The notes under the pieces are model-generated. The model was not told where the DNA came from. It searched no databases and worked only from the letters and a program-made list of their open reading frames with translations. A stretch of 63,971 nt of DNA, counting the filler, from Octopus bimaculoides (lineage: Eukaryota), in NCBI RefSeq assembly GCF_001194135.2. It is 5 parts of 5 records of this genome, joined end to end, with 100 filler letters (N's around TTAATTAATTAA, not from the genome) between each part and the next. Parts side by side here need not be neighbours in the genome. Positions count along the whole stretch, not along the records: positions 1 to 14,434 come from NC_068991.1; 4 more parts are not named here. The stretch is one strand, 5' to 3'. Below are positions 1 through 11,834 of the stretch, in pieces. Position 1 is the first letter of the stretch, and every line of letters begins with the position of its first letter. A program made the position numbers and the translations under genes.

Positions 1-32
<32 letters not shown>

Positions 33-376
33 TCACTTATAAACATACACACACACAAACACACACGCACACACACACACATACACTTCTTTTTTGCTTG
101 CCTCAGCCAGAAGCTCGTAGTAGTGTTGGAATACCGACATTGATGTGATCTTTAATATACAGGATGTCCACAAAGTCTGGGTACATGGAGTAAATAAAAT
201 CATAACATAAACAATTAAATATAAGAAATAATTTCTTAAATTACCACTTTTATACTGTACTGTACATATGCAACCAATTATGAGTAAGACCAACGTCCAA
301 AATTAACTTGTGCTTCCTTGATTATTTCAGAGTTTTATACTAAAATACGTTGTACATACAGTTAATAAACAGTAAA

Positions 377-1529
377 ACACCTAAAACAAGGAAGTTGAGT
401 GAGTGTGAGTGAGGTCAAATTGTAGCTCATCATGAAGATAGTATGTCTCAAAGGCAAATTGCTCAGAAGATGAAATGTTCCCGATGTGCGGTGCAAACGA
501 CTCTCAAGTGCTTCAGAGAGACAAAAGATGTGATGACAATACAAAGAACAGGTAGAAAAAAGGTTACATCACCTCGTAATGACCGATCCATCATCCGTCA
601 GTTGCTCAAAAACAGGAGAAAAACATCGTCGGAGCTCTGTGCGGACTTCAACGAGACAAGTACTTCACAAATATCAACCAGAACTGTTAGAAGGCTTGTA
701 GAGTACGGTCTGAAAGGCTGTAAAGCCAGGAAGAAGCCATGGATTTCTGAAGCGAATATGGAAATACGTCTTCAGTGGGCCAAAAACCACTCAAATTGCA
801 CCAGTGAGCAATGGTCGAAAGTCATATGGTCTGATGAAAGTAACTATGAGGTAAGATAGTATATGTATTCAATCAACATATGAACTTAATATAACTGGTT
901 TGTTGCCCAAAATATATTAAAAAAAAAGCATCCAACATAAAGCTAATATTATTTTTCATGATTTTACTCAGGTTTTCGGTACATCTGGTGCAACTTTCAT
1001 GCGTCACAGAATTGGGGAAGTATTTAAGTATTTAAGTCTGGTACCAACCGTGAAACATGGGGGTGGTTCTATCATGGTGTGGGCCTGCATGTCTGCCACA
1101 AGACCCAGAGAAATGTTTTTATATCAGGGAAGAATGAATTCAGCCCCCTATGTTTCTATGTTATCGGATGTTGTAGAGCCACCAATTGCTAAATTGCATC
1201 TAGAAGTGTCGGAAAACAGTGTTGTCTTTCAACAGGACAACGCTCCATGTCATACAGCAATGAATACTCGTCAATGGTTTGAGACACAAATTATTGTTCC
1301 CATGGACTGGTCAGCTCAATGTCCCGATCTAAATCCGATCGAACACCTTTGGAGAACTTTTGATGAAGCTCTCAGGAACACAACAATTAAAAATAAAGAG
1401 CATTTGTACCAACAGTTGAGAGAAGAATGGAGTAAAATTGCGCCTAGCACCTGCAAGAAACTAGTTGATTCAATGCCTGACCGTATAAAAGAGGTAATTG
1501 ATGCTAAAGGAGGATCAACTAGATATTAA
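377..1529 (+). pseudogene. Tc1-family transposase in two exons (377-850, 972-1529), ~343 codons spliced; start codon apparently lost and one TGA at 410-412
   Basis: HTH region (SQRQIAQKMKCSRCAVQTTL), WSDESNYE|VFG, PTVKHGGGSIMVW, and QQDNAPCH...PDLNPIEHLW with 34 residues between D and E; C-terminus VIDAKGGSTRY. Confidence 0.93.
851..971 (+). other. 121-bp phase-0 spliceosomal intron within the transposase
   Basis: GAG|GTAAGA donor, CTAAT branch-like motif at 943-947, T-rich tract, TACTCAG|GTT acceptor. Removal joins the two ORFs in frame. Confidence 0.9.
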
Positions 1530-1709
1530 AACTAATGTATATTGTGAAATATACCATAATCTACCATGTACTCGGGTTTCATTAACATTAAGATAGCAGA
1601 ACCCAAAAACATTGGGGTGGTTTAATACTTTTGGACAAGACTGTATATATACGAGTGAGTAGACAAACGAAAGAAGCACACTCAACACATTTATTGGAAG
1701 TTACAGGAA

Positions 1710-1857
1710 TAGATCAAAAGAGTTTGATTCAAACTCCATGGCACTCGAGCGTGTGGCTAGTCATCGGCCATTAGGGTCTGAATCAGACCCCAATGACCAA
1801 TGACTAACCACACACTTGAAACTCAGAGTACCAAGGAGTCTGAATCAAACTGTTTTG

Positions 1858-1862
<5 letters not shown>
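1710..1862. repeat. ~153-bp imperfect palindrome (fold-back element)
   Basis: TAGATCAAAAGAGTTTGATTCAAACTCC... pairs with ...GGAGTCTGAATCAAACTGTTTTGATCTA; centre GGGTCTGA-A-TCAGACCC at 1774-1790. Confidence 0.85.
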
Positions 1863-1899
<37 letters not shown>

Positions 1900-2075
1900 C
1901 AACAACAACAATAACAACAACAACAACAACAATATGTAATGTCGCTGCTATAGCTACTGCTGTAGCTATTATTACTAATCTAACACTGCAGTCAGTGATT
2001 ATTTCTATAAATTACTACTACTACTACTACTACTGGCATTGTTGTTTGCTATCACTGCTGCTATTTCAACTACGC

Positions 2076-2122
<47 letters not shown>

Positions 2123-2128
2123 GTCCTA
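1862..2128. repeat. Compound microsatellite (CA)n-(CAA)n-(TAC)n
   Basis: Seen directly; explains the spurious ORF 1800..2129. Confidence 0.95.
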
Positions 2129-2404
2129 ACAACAAAACACAACCAACGAGAAAATGCTATTGCCAATAACTAGGTCGACCATTAATACAGGTCGATATAA
2201 ATATTTAGTTATTGAATGGACATTCAGCAACCAGCTGGTGCTGGCAACTATGTTACACTGAAATATTCCCACACTCACTTTCACGACTTATCTCCCCACA
2301 CAGTTTCATAGACCACAAACATTTTGTATGGCCATTGCATTAAGTATACTTATATATCTACGTATAGGTATATCTGCATGTGTTCATATATGTGTGTGTG
2401 TATA

Positions 2405-2451
<47 letters not shown>

Positions 2452-4250
2452 NNNNNNNNNNNNNNNNNNNNNNNNNNNNNNNNNNNNNNNNNNNNNNNNN
2501 NNNNNNNNNNNNNNNNNNNNNNNNNNNNNNNNNNNNNNNNNNNNNNNNNNNNNNNNNNNNNNNNNNNNNNNNNNNNNNNNNNNNNNNNNNNNNNNNNNNN
2601 NNNNNNNNNNNNNNNNNNNNNNNNNNNNNNNNNNNNNNNNNNNNNNATACGTAAATACGAAAACATTAAAGATCTCAATCCATGTTTGCAATAGGAATGG
2701 TGCAAGGACCGAAACACAAGCATAATGACGGAGTGAGCTTCTTCTGTGAAGACCTTCCGCTGTTCAGCTCTCCCTAGAATTTCAGAATTTCTTGTTTTAC
2801 CCATAACATTTAGCCCGTAATTTCTTCATGAGATACTTTAGATAAAAAAAAAAAAAAAGATTAGTTGCCATGAATTGACATAGATTACTTTGAACAGATG
2901 TCAACGATCACTACTATAGTCATATAAAATACCAGAGAGCAGAGCAATATATTTTGAGACCAAAACTTCACAAAGTATTGGTCGGAATAAATGGCAAAAT
3001 CTCTTACATGTCGCGTCTGCCAAAAAGTCACGATTCCAGGCTGATGATAATTCATATATTTCCCACACACTGTTAAATGCCTTGAGAGAGGAGATGCATG
3101 CATTTTACATATTCATCGTGGTGGTGTGGGGTTTGTACAATTTTGTGTAAAACTGAGCCGATGTAAAAACAATCAATATTTTAACTAGGAAAATGTAATA
3201 TGAAATCGATTTCAGAAGTTGGTGTTTGAAAACAAGGATATAAAGATAAATATTTATTTATTCGGCGCAGTAGTACGATAAATAAAGTCAATTATTTCGC
3301 AGTTGGCCATCTGAGACATCAATCAAGGAGAGATCAGTCATATTTACTCAGAAGAATAAATATTCCTTCCGTCCTTGCATCAGAACGATAAACAGAATTG
3401 ATTGCTTGAACTTGCGTAATCAAATATAACCAACAGTTGATTTTCACTCTTAATGACATTAAGATAAATAAAAATAGGAATTTTTGCTGACTGTGTCTTC
3501 GTTTTTACCACCCATGGACAAAATGAGATTGACGTTTCTACCCCTCCCCGGAGGCAACATCGATTGCCCCCGTTTTAATGGCTTTCACTAGTTTACTACA
3601 ATAGATTTATAAATCAGATACATACTAATCCACACACACACACACACATGTGACCGGAATTTGAATAACAAATACGATGTTGAACTTTAGAAAGGGGTTG
3701 CATATTTTTACTGTTACTATTCTACTTTCAAATTCTTCCATATTGTATTTCTAAAGTGCTTGTTAGCTGGTCACTTTGTCTTCTTTAAAACCCTAAATTT
3801 TTGAGAATGTCATTCAAGCATTTACAAATACATTGTATTGAGTACTTAATACTTATTACTATAAATGTGAATGTTTAATCTAGATAGAGTAACTGCAGAT
3901 TTCGAAGCAGTTGCTCATAAATATTCTCACTGATTTTGAAAGAAAAATTTATGGTTGCGTGACTGTTGACCTCTATGACTGGGCATGATTCTTTTCTTAT
4001 TGTCTCAAACAACTATTTCAAGCTTCTTATGTTTGAATATGGCGAAAATTTTAATGAGAATGTTCCACCAATGTTTCTTGTATTAAGACATATGTATGTA
4101 CGTTAACAATAACAGAGATAGTGTCTACATATATTCCAGCGCTGACTATATTTATGGTTTGCAATGACTATCGTTTTAACATCATGATACAATAGGTGGT
4201 AGTACCACCATGACATTTTGAGCTGCTACTGATCACATGTGTAACAGCTA

Positions 4251-4252
<2 letters not shown>

Positions 4253-4314
<62 letters not shown>

Positions 4315-4390
4315 GGATGGATGGATGGATGGATGGATGGATGGATGGATGGATGGATGGATGGATGGATGGATGGATGGGTGGATGGGT
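4253..4390. repeat. (TATC)n followed by (GGAT)n tetranucleotide array
   Basis: Seen directly. Confidence 0.95.
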
Positions 4391-5306
4391 GTGTGGGCGG
4401 ATGAGTTGATGGATGTGTGTATGCGTTTAGATCTGTGTATGCGTTTGCTCGCTATAAATAATTCAATGTTTAGTACCAGTAATATATTGTGGTCACTTCT
4501 GTCGAGTATAAATCAATATTCAGTAAAACGCATATGAAACGCCATAGAACGAGGGGAAACTTCCAGTGATTTGTTGCCCACCATACACTTTCAGTCCGAC
4601 AGTTATTCCACTTCAAATATATCAGTAAAACTCAAGTCAAAGGTTTGGATACCACAGCATTCTCTTTGTTCTTCACTGAAATATGAGCCTTTCTTATAAA
4701 TTCAAAGAAATTAATAATCAAAGAAACGATATTAATGTCATAGAACAGGAGACAATTTCCCGAAGGTCAAATAAATGATGGGCTCTCGATATCGCATCAT
4801 ACAGGAAATGAAACTTCATGAAACTTCTTACTTGTTGTATTATGTTTAGACCGTTGGAAAACGCTTGAACATCACAAATACTTATTTCCTTTATCTATGA
4901 TTATCTGCGTTGCAGACTTCATTTATTGGGAGCTTATATATTGCCACTGTTCTTCATAGTGAAAAGAAAAGTACTTTTTTAAAATGCATGTGTTTCTAAT
5001 TATCTCAATGAACTGGAAAAGAATTTGTCTTTAAATTAGTCTATATCGGGATTATCAAATCAGATTAGAGAAGAGACTTCATGCTTAGAACGATAATAAG
5101 TTGGAGCAAAATAGAATGTCTTCCACAACATATAACTTTATGAATGTATCTTAAACATCTGTTAACATCCGATAGCACTGTGATATAGCGAGTCTTCTTG
5201 AAATATAGAACCTAAGAACGGTTCCGAATAGCTATATACTTCGCTGTGTTGTTTCTCTGTCATTGTCTTCCTAGTCTAAACCATAATTTGCGCATACACA
5301 CACTTA

Positions 5307-6531
5307 CTGACGTGGGCAGACAAAATAGTGGAAGCATCTCTTTATATTAATTTTTTTTTTTTATTGGAAATATGACAATTTCAAAACTGTTCAACGCTCT
5401 ATGTATATGTGTATATATGTATTACGAGTGGATTGTATTTCCTGATCTAGCTCTCTACTGCTTTACTTTTTTCGTATTTTGACTGATACTTATATTTAAA
5501 TACCTTAAAATGCGTGAGCTTTCTGATTTCCAAAGAAGACAAATTGTTGGAGCGTGACTGGATGGAGCTTCAGGTGTTTGTTATTTCGCGTGGTACAGTC
5601 TCCAAAATCCTGTTCTCATTTCAAAACCAAAGTAAAACCAGCATAATTCTGGATGAAAAGCAAAGCTCTCAGAGAGGGGGAATAGAGTAATGAAGCGTAT
5701 GGTTTCTACGGCAGCAAAAGTGACAGTAACGCTAAACCACCACCTACCGGCCCTGTGTCAACTAAAACCGCTTGTTGTGAGCTCCATAAAGAAAGATATC
5801 ATGGGAGGGTTGCAATTGCAGTCCCTCCTCAACATTGATAAGCGGAAAAAATGGTGTCTAAACAATCAAAAGTGGTCAACGACTCAGTGGAGCCATGGTC
5901 TCTTCTTTGATGAATCAGCATTCACTCTTTTCCCCTATCCCAGTGCGATTCTATGTTTGGAGACAGCTCAAAGAAACATTCAACCCTGACTGTTTGACCT
6001 TTATTGTGAAGCATGAGAGAGGTTCTGTGATGATTTGAGCTTCCATATCATGAAATCCTTTAACCCTTTTGTTGTTATACCTGACAGAGTTAACGCCGTG
6101 AATTACTAGTGCATTTTGGCTGATCAAGTCTACTATGGTACATTGTTCCCTGGTGGTAGCCCAATTTTCTTGGACCATAATACGCCGATTCACGCGATTA
6201 ATGTTATTGAAAGTTGATGCGAAGAGCGCAAGAGGGAAGTGGACTAACTGGATTGACCCCCACAATTGCTGAATCTCAATATAATCCAACATTTATAGTG
6301 CATTTTTGTAGCAGCAAGTGAGAAGCCGCTTCTTTCAGCCATCATCGCTGAAAGTTCTAAGACAGGTTTTACTGGTAGATTGGCTCAAAATTCCCCTAAC
6401 ACCGTTTACAATCTATGCAAGTTAATTCTACGATGCACTGAAGTTGTGATTGATGCCAAATGTGGACCAAATCTATACTAAATAAGGCTTCTATGTAACA
6501 AGGTGTTTCTATTGTTTTGTCCAACACCTAT
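5307..6531 (+). mobile_element. Degenerate Tc1-like transposon with multiple stops and frameshifts
   Basis: Remnant peptides MRELSDFQRRQIVG, FFDESAFTLF, IVKHERGSVMI, VIDAKCG. Imperfect TIRs: GACAAAATAGTGGAAGCATC (~5319-5338) versus reverse complement of GTGTTTCTATTGTTTTGTCCAACACC (~6503-6528). Confidence 0.8.
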
Positions 6532-6532
6532 G

Positions 6533-6590
<58 letters not shown>

Positions 6591-6598
6591 CAGATATG

Positions 6599-6636
<38 letters not shown>

Positions 6637-7890
6637 TCTTTTCAAAAGACTACGCCTTCACTTAATTACCAGAAACTTTCATTTCTGGACAGTTACTCAT
6701 CTCGCACAAAGCATACGGGCGGCGTATGCCAGAACAGTGCTCGATTATCTAAACGTGCCACTCGTACACAAACAAACATTCTAATCAGCACCCAAAAATA
6801 GACCATGAGACTGATTGACAAAATTCGCTGACGGCCACAACAAAAATCATGCCACCTCCTTGCAAAGTATGTAAATAAAAAAACAAACAAATATAAGCAC
6901 TTATATGTGTGTAGTGAACTATGGTAAGTGCATTTAAGTGAGTCTATTACAATACTTGAACCCAGTTTATCGATTCTAGATCAGTGAAGCCCTGTATCAA
7001 CCAGTGAATTTGAAATATGAACATTAAGACCCCAATTTTAACACCCTTATCACATATAGAGGGAGCTCATGCTCCAAGAAAGACATGCTCAAACACCCTT
7101 AGACTTAATCTTAGTGTTCTTTCTTTTTATTTGCTTCTTTCTTATTTAATAAGACGATATAATATGGTTTTAAGACAGTATGGAGTGATTAAAGGCGTTA
7201 GGGGAGCGATAAATGAATAGCTACACAAAACGTTTCTTATTTACGATACTGTATAGAGATAATTTGAGAGGGTGACTGAGAAAATGTTTCAGTATAACAC
7301 ACTTCATAAAACTGTTGTTGAATATTCATTCAGTAACTGATTATTTATATCGTCCCGAATTAATAATCGACCTAATTACGTAGCAGTATTTTCTCTATTG
7401 TAGTAAGCAACCCGAATCTGCACCCAGCTCTTGGCGTCTCTAATTGTACTCATTTCACCCAATCGCTGGACGGCTAAAAAAGAAACCAAAAAGTACACGA
7501 ACGTCTTTCCCCTATACGCTGAAGTCAATGAAGCTAATAGCTTATTCATGGGCACTCCTGATCTTGCGTGGTAAGGTGTGAGATAAATGTTCATCTCTTT
7601 TTGTTGGGGGCAGAAATGTAAGTATTTATGTATGTGTACAGTATTAGTAGCAGCAGCAACATGTACGCGTATTACTATGTGCTTATAAATAACTGGGAAA
7701 ACGGTGGGTGTTAATATATACAATTTGAGTTTCAAGTTCACTGCAGAGTGGAGAATCAATAGAGATGTGAGCTAGAGAGGGTGCGAATAACATGGTCAGA
7801 GAAGCAGAGAAAAATAGACACAAAACAACTACAGAGTAAGTTAGTGAATAGGATGTAAGATTGGTATGGCTTACGGTAGTAGAACAGAGA

Positions 7891-8087
7891 CTGGTGAGCA
7901 GGTAGAATCGTTAGCGCACTGTACCAAATGCTTAGCGGCTTTTTGTTCATCTTTACGTTCTGAGTTCAAATCCTGCCACGGCTGATTTTGTTTTTCATCC
8001 TCACAGGTTCGATACTGGGGGTCAATGTAACCAACTTCCTCATCCTCTCAAAAACTGCTGGCCCTGTACCAAAATTTCAAAACCATT
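7891..8087 (+). mobile_element. SINE family A (tRNA-like head GGCGGCGAGCTGGCAGAA...GTTCAAATTCC), diverged copy with a core deletion
   Basis: Aligns by eye with copies at 10771, 14071 and 27255; A/B-box-like head. Confidence 0.75.
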
Positions 8088-8542
8088 TCGTTTATGATAG
8101 CAGAATTGTAAATAAATAGATTTACGTAGTTTATCGCAGCAGATCTGTGAATAAGTAAATTCATTTTCGTTACATCACATGGAAAGTTAGTGATGGAAGA
8201 GAAGAAGGCTTTAAGACTAAATATCAGAGCAAATATTTTAGTTACATCACTTTAAGTTCTCAATTAAAACCCCACTTCGGAGTTTGACTAAATAGGTATC
8301 AGTAATATACCAAATGACTTTTAATGAATTTCTGAAAATATATGAATGAATGCCAAAGTGAAGAATCAATATTAAGAGTGTAATATGGTGGCCAGATGGC
8401 AAAAATGGTACAATATTGGCAATGAGTGTCGAAACGTTTTTAGTTCCATTGTCAATGTTCCAAATTTAATTTGTATCAGGATTAATATTTTGTCCAAACA
8501 GAATCAATAAAATATCAATCAAATACGTATTTGGACTGAATC

Positions 8543-8740
8543 ATCACCTCCACTTGACAACCGGTGTTGGTTTGTTTACGTCTCCGTAACTTAGTGGTTC
8601 AGCAATAGAGTCCGATAGAATAAGTACCAGGCTTTTTAAATATAACATTTGGGCGTCATCTTGTTCGTCTAAACATGTCAAAGCAGTACTCCAGCATGGC
8701 CGTAATTCATTGACCGAAACAAGTAGAAGATAAAAGATAA
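8543..8740 (+). mobile_element. SINE family B, 3' half
   Basis: Shares CTTGACAACCGGTGTTGG...CCAGCATGGCC...GAAACAAGTA with the 9733 and 21787 copies. Confidence 0.8.
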
Positions 8741-8843
8741 CCAATTGAAGGGGTCCCTTGTGTTTGCGCGCGTGCATGTAGTGCACCTGAGCGTTGTAAT
8801 GCACCTGAACACTGTATACAACAATTTCATTATTATTTTTTTC

Positions 8844-9065
8844 GTTCTATATTTAAGAGATGAGGAATTATCTAGCTAGGTTTTGATAGAGTTTCTCTAT
8901 ATGTCTCCATTGAAGTCTAATGTCGGCTCCGTACCGATTAGATAATACAGTTCTATATTTAAGAGATGAGGAATTATATATATAGAACTGTATTATCTAA
9001 TCGGCACGGAGCCGACATTAGACTTCAATGGAGACATATAGAGAAACTCCATCAAAAACTAGCTA
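8844..9065. repeat. Fold-back X-Y-X-Y': 86-bp inverted arms plus a 28-bp direct repeat
   Basis: Arms 8873-8958 and 8980-9065 with 3 mismatches; GTTCTATATTTAAGAGATGAGGAATTAT at 8844-8871 and 8950-8977. Confidence 0.92.
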
Positions 9066-9387
9066 TTATTTTTTTTTTTGTGTGTGTGTGTGTGATTGTT
9101 CTCAGTGATTTTATATTTTATTTCTAGTACGTACTCCGACACCACTAACGAGTGCAGTTACGTGGGACTGAGATATGTGCAGTGTTTTGTTATAGTTTTT
9201 GTTGCTATTATACTGAAAGTATTTAAGATAATATATGTGAGCAGAACCTAGTAGCACTATTTTTCTATATGTATTTTCAATTGACTTGACAACTACCCTA
9301 TGTCACATGTCAATATAGGATGGTATATGCGGTTGATTGATAAAACAGATACGTGATCATAGAGCATTTTAAGCGGGAGTAACATTA

Positions 9388-9545
9388 AAGGCGCGCCGAG
9401 AAGTGGTTAGGGCATTGGGCTTACAGTCATGAGCTCGTAGGTTCGATTCTTGGGTCAGGTGGTGCGATGTGTCCTTGAGCAAGACACATCATTTCCTGCA
9501 TCTGTTTCGCTCTATTCAGCTAAAAATGAATACCAGCCGACTGCT
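9388..9545 (+). mobile_element. SINE family C (tRNA head plus CORE-like CCTTGAGCAAGACAC), 5' part
   Basis: GTGGTTAGGGC...GGTTCGATTC A/B-box-like head; homologous to the minus-strand copy at 48385-48710. Confidence 0.7.
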
Positions 9546-9732
9546 AATGCAGCACTCTCCCTCTCTTCTTTCTCTTCCTGCTGTCACATCCTCTATGTTT
9601 CACTGAGTCAGGGATCAGAAGGACGAGAGGGTGTCTATGTCTGCTTGCAACAATATAGGTCTCTAGAACAATTACCGAAAGGATGGTGCAAAATATCACA
9701 CTCGCTTGAGAGTGATGGCTTAACAATATAGA

Positions 9733-10122
9733 CGCGGGCGTAGCTGTGTGGTGAGAAGCTTGCTTCTCAACCAAATGGTTCCGGGTTTAGTCTCACTGAG
9801 TGACATCTTGAGCAAGTGTCTTCTACTGTAGTCTCGAGCCGACCAAAAACCTTGAGAGAAGATGTGGTAGACAGAAACATAAAACAGCCCGTTGTGTGTG
9901 TGTGTGTGTGTGCGTGTGTGTGTGTGTTTGTCCACTACCTGACAACCGGTGTTGGTGTGTTTACGTCCACGTAACATAGCGGTTCGGCAAAAGAACCCGA
10001 TAGAATAAGTACCAGGCTTTAAAAAAAATAAGTACTGGGGTCGATTTGCTGGACTGAACTTCTGCAAGGTGGTGCCCCAGCATGGCTGCAGTCTAATGAC
10101 TGAAACAAGTAAAAGGATATAA
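9733..10122 (+). mobile_element. SINE family B, full length (tRNA-derived, CORE-like, OR2-like)
   Basis: Head GCTGTGTGGTGAGAAGCTTGCTTC...GGTTCCGGGTT, core CTTGAGCAAGTGTCTTCTAC, central (TG)n, tail GACTGAAACAAGTAAAAG. Confidence 0.85.
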
Positions 10123-10770
10123 AGCTAACTAGATATTATTTTAGTTTGGAAGAAAAAACATAGCAAGAAAAAAACATTTCGACGGTGAACCTGTCATAAA
10201 AGCAAAAAACTTTTTGTCGTGTTCTAGTTTTGGGATAAATGAGGCAGATGCAATATCCAAATGGAGCTTAATTGCTTAGAACTGTAATATTGTTAAGGTT
10301 GTTTTCGGGGTGAAAGAGTTATTAAATATACAAACATCATAAATATGTTGGGCATAGTTAAAACTTCTATACAAAAGCAGTGAGATGAGTTGGAGAGAAA
10401 GAGTACTGGTAGAAATGGTCGTCGTGGTACTAGTGATAGTGGACAGTTGTGGTACCATTGCTAATGGTCGTAATAATAGGATTCATGTTTGTGTTTTTGA
10501 TATGAATAATGAATATGGTAAAAACAAAAAAAAAATGTGAACCAAATACGTCATTTAATCAATAACGATATTTGCCATTGTTGTTGTTACTGTTATTGCT
10601 GTTGTTGTTGCTGGTGGTGATAATGGTGATGAGGATGATGACGATGATGATGATGGGGTGGGTTGTTGTTGTTGGTGTTACTACTGTTGATGGTGTTAGT
10701 ATTGTTAATGTTATTGGCAAGAGACAGTACAGAAATTGCGTTTCAGTTGTTATGTTACTATGGGCTCTAA

Positions 10771-11460
10771 AGCGGCGAACTGGCAGAATTGTTAGCATGC
10801 CGAGTAAAATGCTTAACAGCGTTTCGTCCGTCTTTACGTTCTGAGTTTAAATTCCACCGAGGTCGACTTTGCCTTTCATCCCTTTCGGGGTCGATGAAAA
10901 AAAGTAACAGTTGAAAAGTAACGTAATCGACTTATCCCCTTCCCTGAAACTGCTAGCCTTGTGCCAAAATTTGAAAGTACTATGTTACTATGGGATAGTG
11001 GATTGGCAGAAACGTTAGAGAGTCAGATAAAAAAAAAATCTTTGCGGCTTTTTTTTTTCCAGCTCTTTACGTTCCGAGTTCGAATCCCACCGAGATCTAC
11101 ATCGCCTTTCATCTCTCTGGAAACGGTAAATTAAAGTGTCAATCAAGTACTGGAGTTGATAGTATCGCCTATAACCCCTTCCCTTAAAACTGCTGATTTT
11201 ATGCCTAAATCAGAAACAGTTATCCAAGTCATTATAAGGCTATGAACTGGTAGAAACGTTAGGAACTCGGACAAAACGTTTAGTACTATTTCTTCCAATA
11301 CTTCATGTTGTGAGTTCAAATCCTAACAAGGTCAACTTTGCCTTTCATTTCAGGATCGATAAAATAAAGTGCTGGTCAAGTACTGAGATCGATGGTATTA
11401 ACTAAACTCTCCCTTCAAAACTGTTGGCCTTGTGTCTAAAATAAAAACCATTGTTATAAG
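10771..11460 (+). mobile_element. Three head-to-tail SINE family A copies (~10771, ~10995, ~11243)
   Basis: Each has TGGCAGAA/TGGTAGAA...GAGTT(C)AAAT...GCCTTTCAT...CCTTGTG; TATGTTACTATGGG is repeated at 10751 and 10981. Confidence 0.85.
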
Positions 11461-11504
11461 TTAAAAGCCTGCCCACATCAATTTTGCCTGTCTTTCTTTC
11501 GGCG

Positions 11505-11797
11505 GTCGATAAAACAAAGTACCAGTTATATAGTACTGGAGTCGATAAAATAAAGTACCTGTCAAATTGCACTAGAGCCGATAAAATAAAGTACCAGTTA
11601 AATAGTACTAGAGTCGAGAAATTAAAGTATTAGTCAAATTGTACCAGGGTCGATAAAATAAAGTACAAGTCAAATTTACTGGGGTCGATGAAATAAAGTA
11701 CCAGTCAAATAGTATTGGAGTCGATAAAATAAAGTACTAGTCAAATATTACTGGAATCGGTAAAATAAAGTACTTGTTAAATGGTACCGGGGTCGAT
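11505..11797 (+). repeat. Minisatellite of 8 x 35-36 bp, consensus GTCGATAAAATAAAGTACCAGTCAAATAGTACTGGA
   Basis: Units counted by eye; the unit matches the SINE A core between its two GGTCGAT motifs. Confidence 0.92.
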
Positions 11798-11834
11798 GAT
11801 TCTACCAGCTCCCTGCGTTCCAACTGTAGTATAC

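Larger units (their letters stand above)
157..1645 (+). mobile_element. Tc1-like (DD34E) DNA transposon; right end clear, left boundary uncertain
   Basis: Transposase inside. Right end ...GGGGTGGTTTAATACTTTTGGACAAGACTG followed by TA (1644-1645). No matching left TIR; TA-CAGGATGTCCACAAAGT near 157 is only partly similar. Confidence 0.85.

Noticed and set aside
2655-3110. ORF 2358..2804 (MGKTRNSEIL...) and neighbouring frames as a host exon or transposase
   Set aside because: No recognisable motif or convincing splice pair; mostly gap and repeat.
9388-9800. tRNA genes at SINE heads
   Set aside because: A/B-box-like motifs continue into SINE bodies found many times in the window; no complete cloverleaf.
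11505-11797. CRISPR array interpretation of the 36-bp repeats
   Set aside because: No unique spacers, no cas genes, eukaryotic context, and the unit derives from the SINE core.
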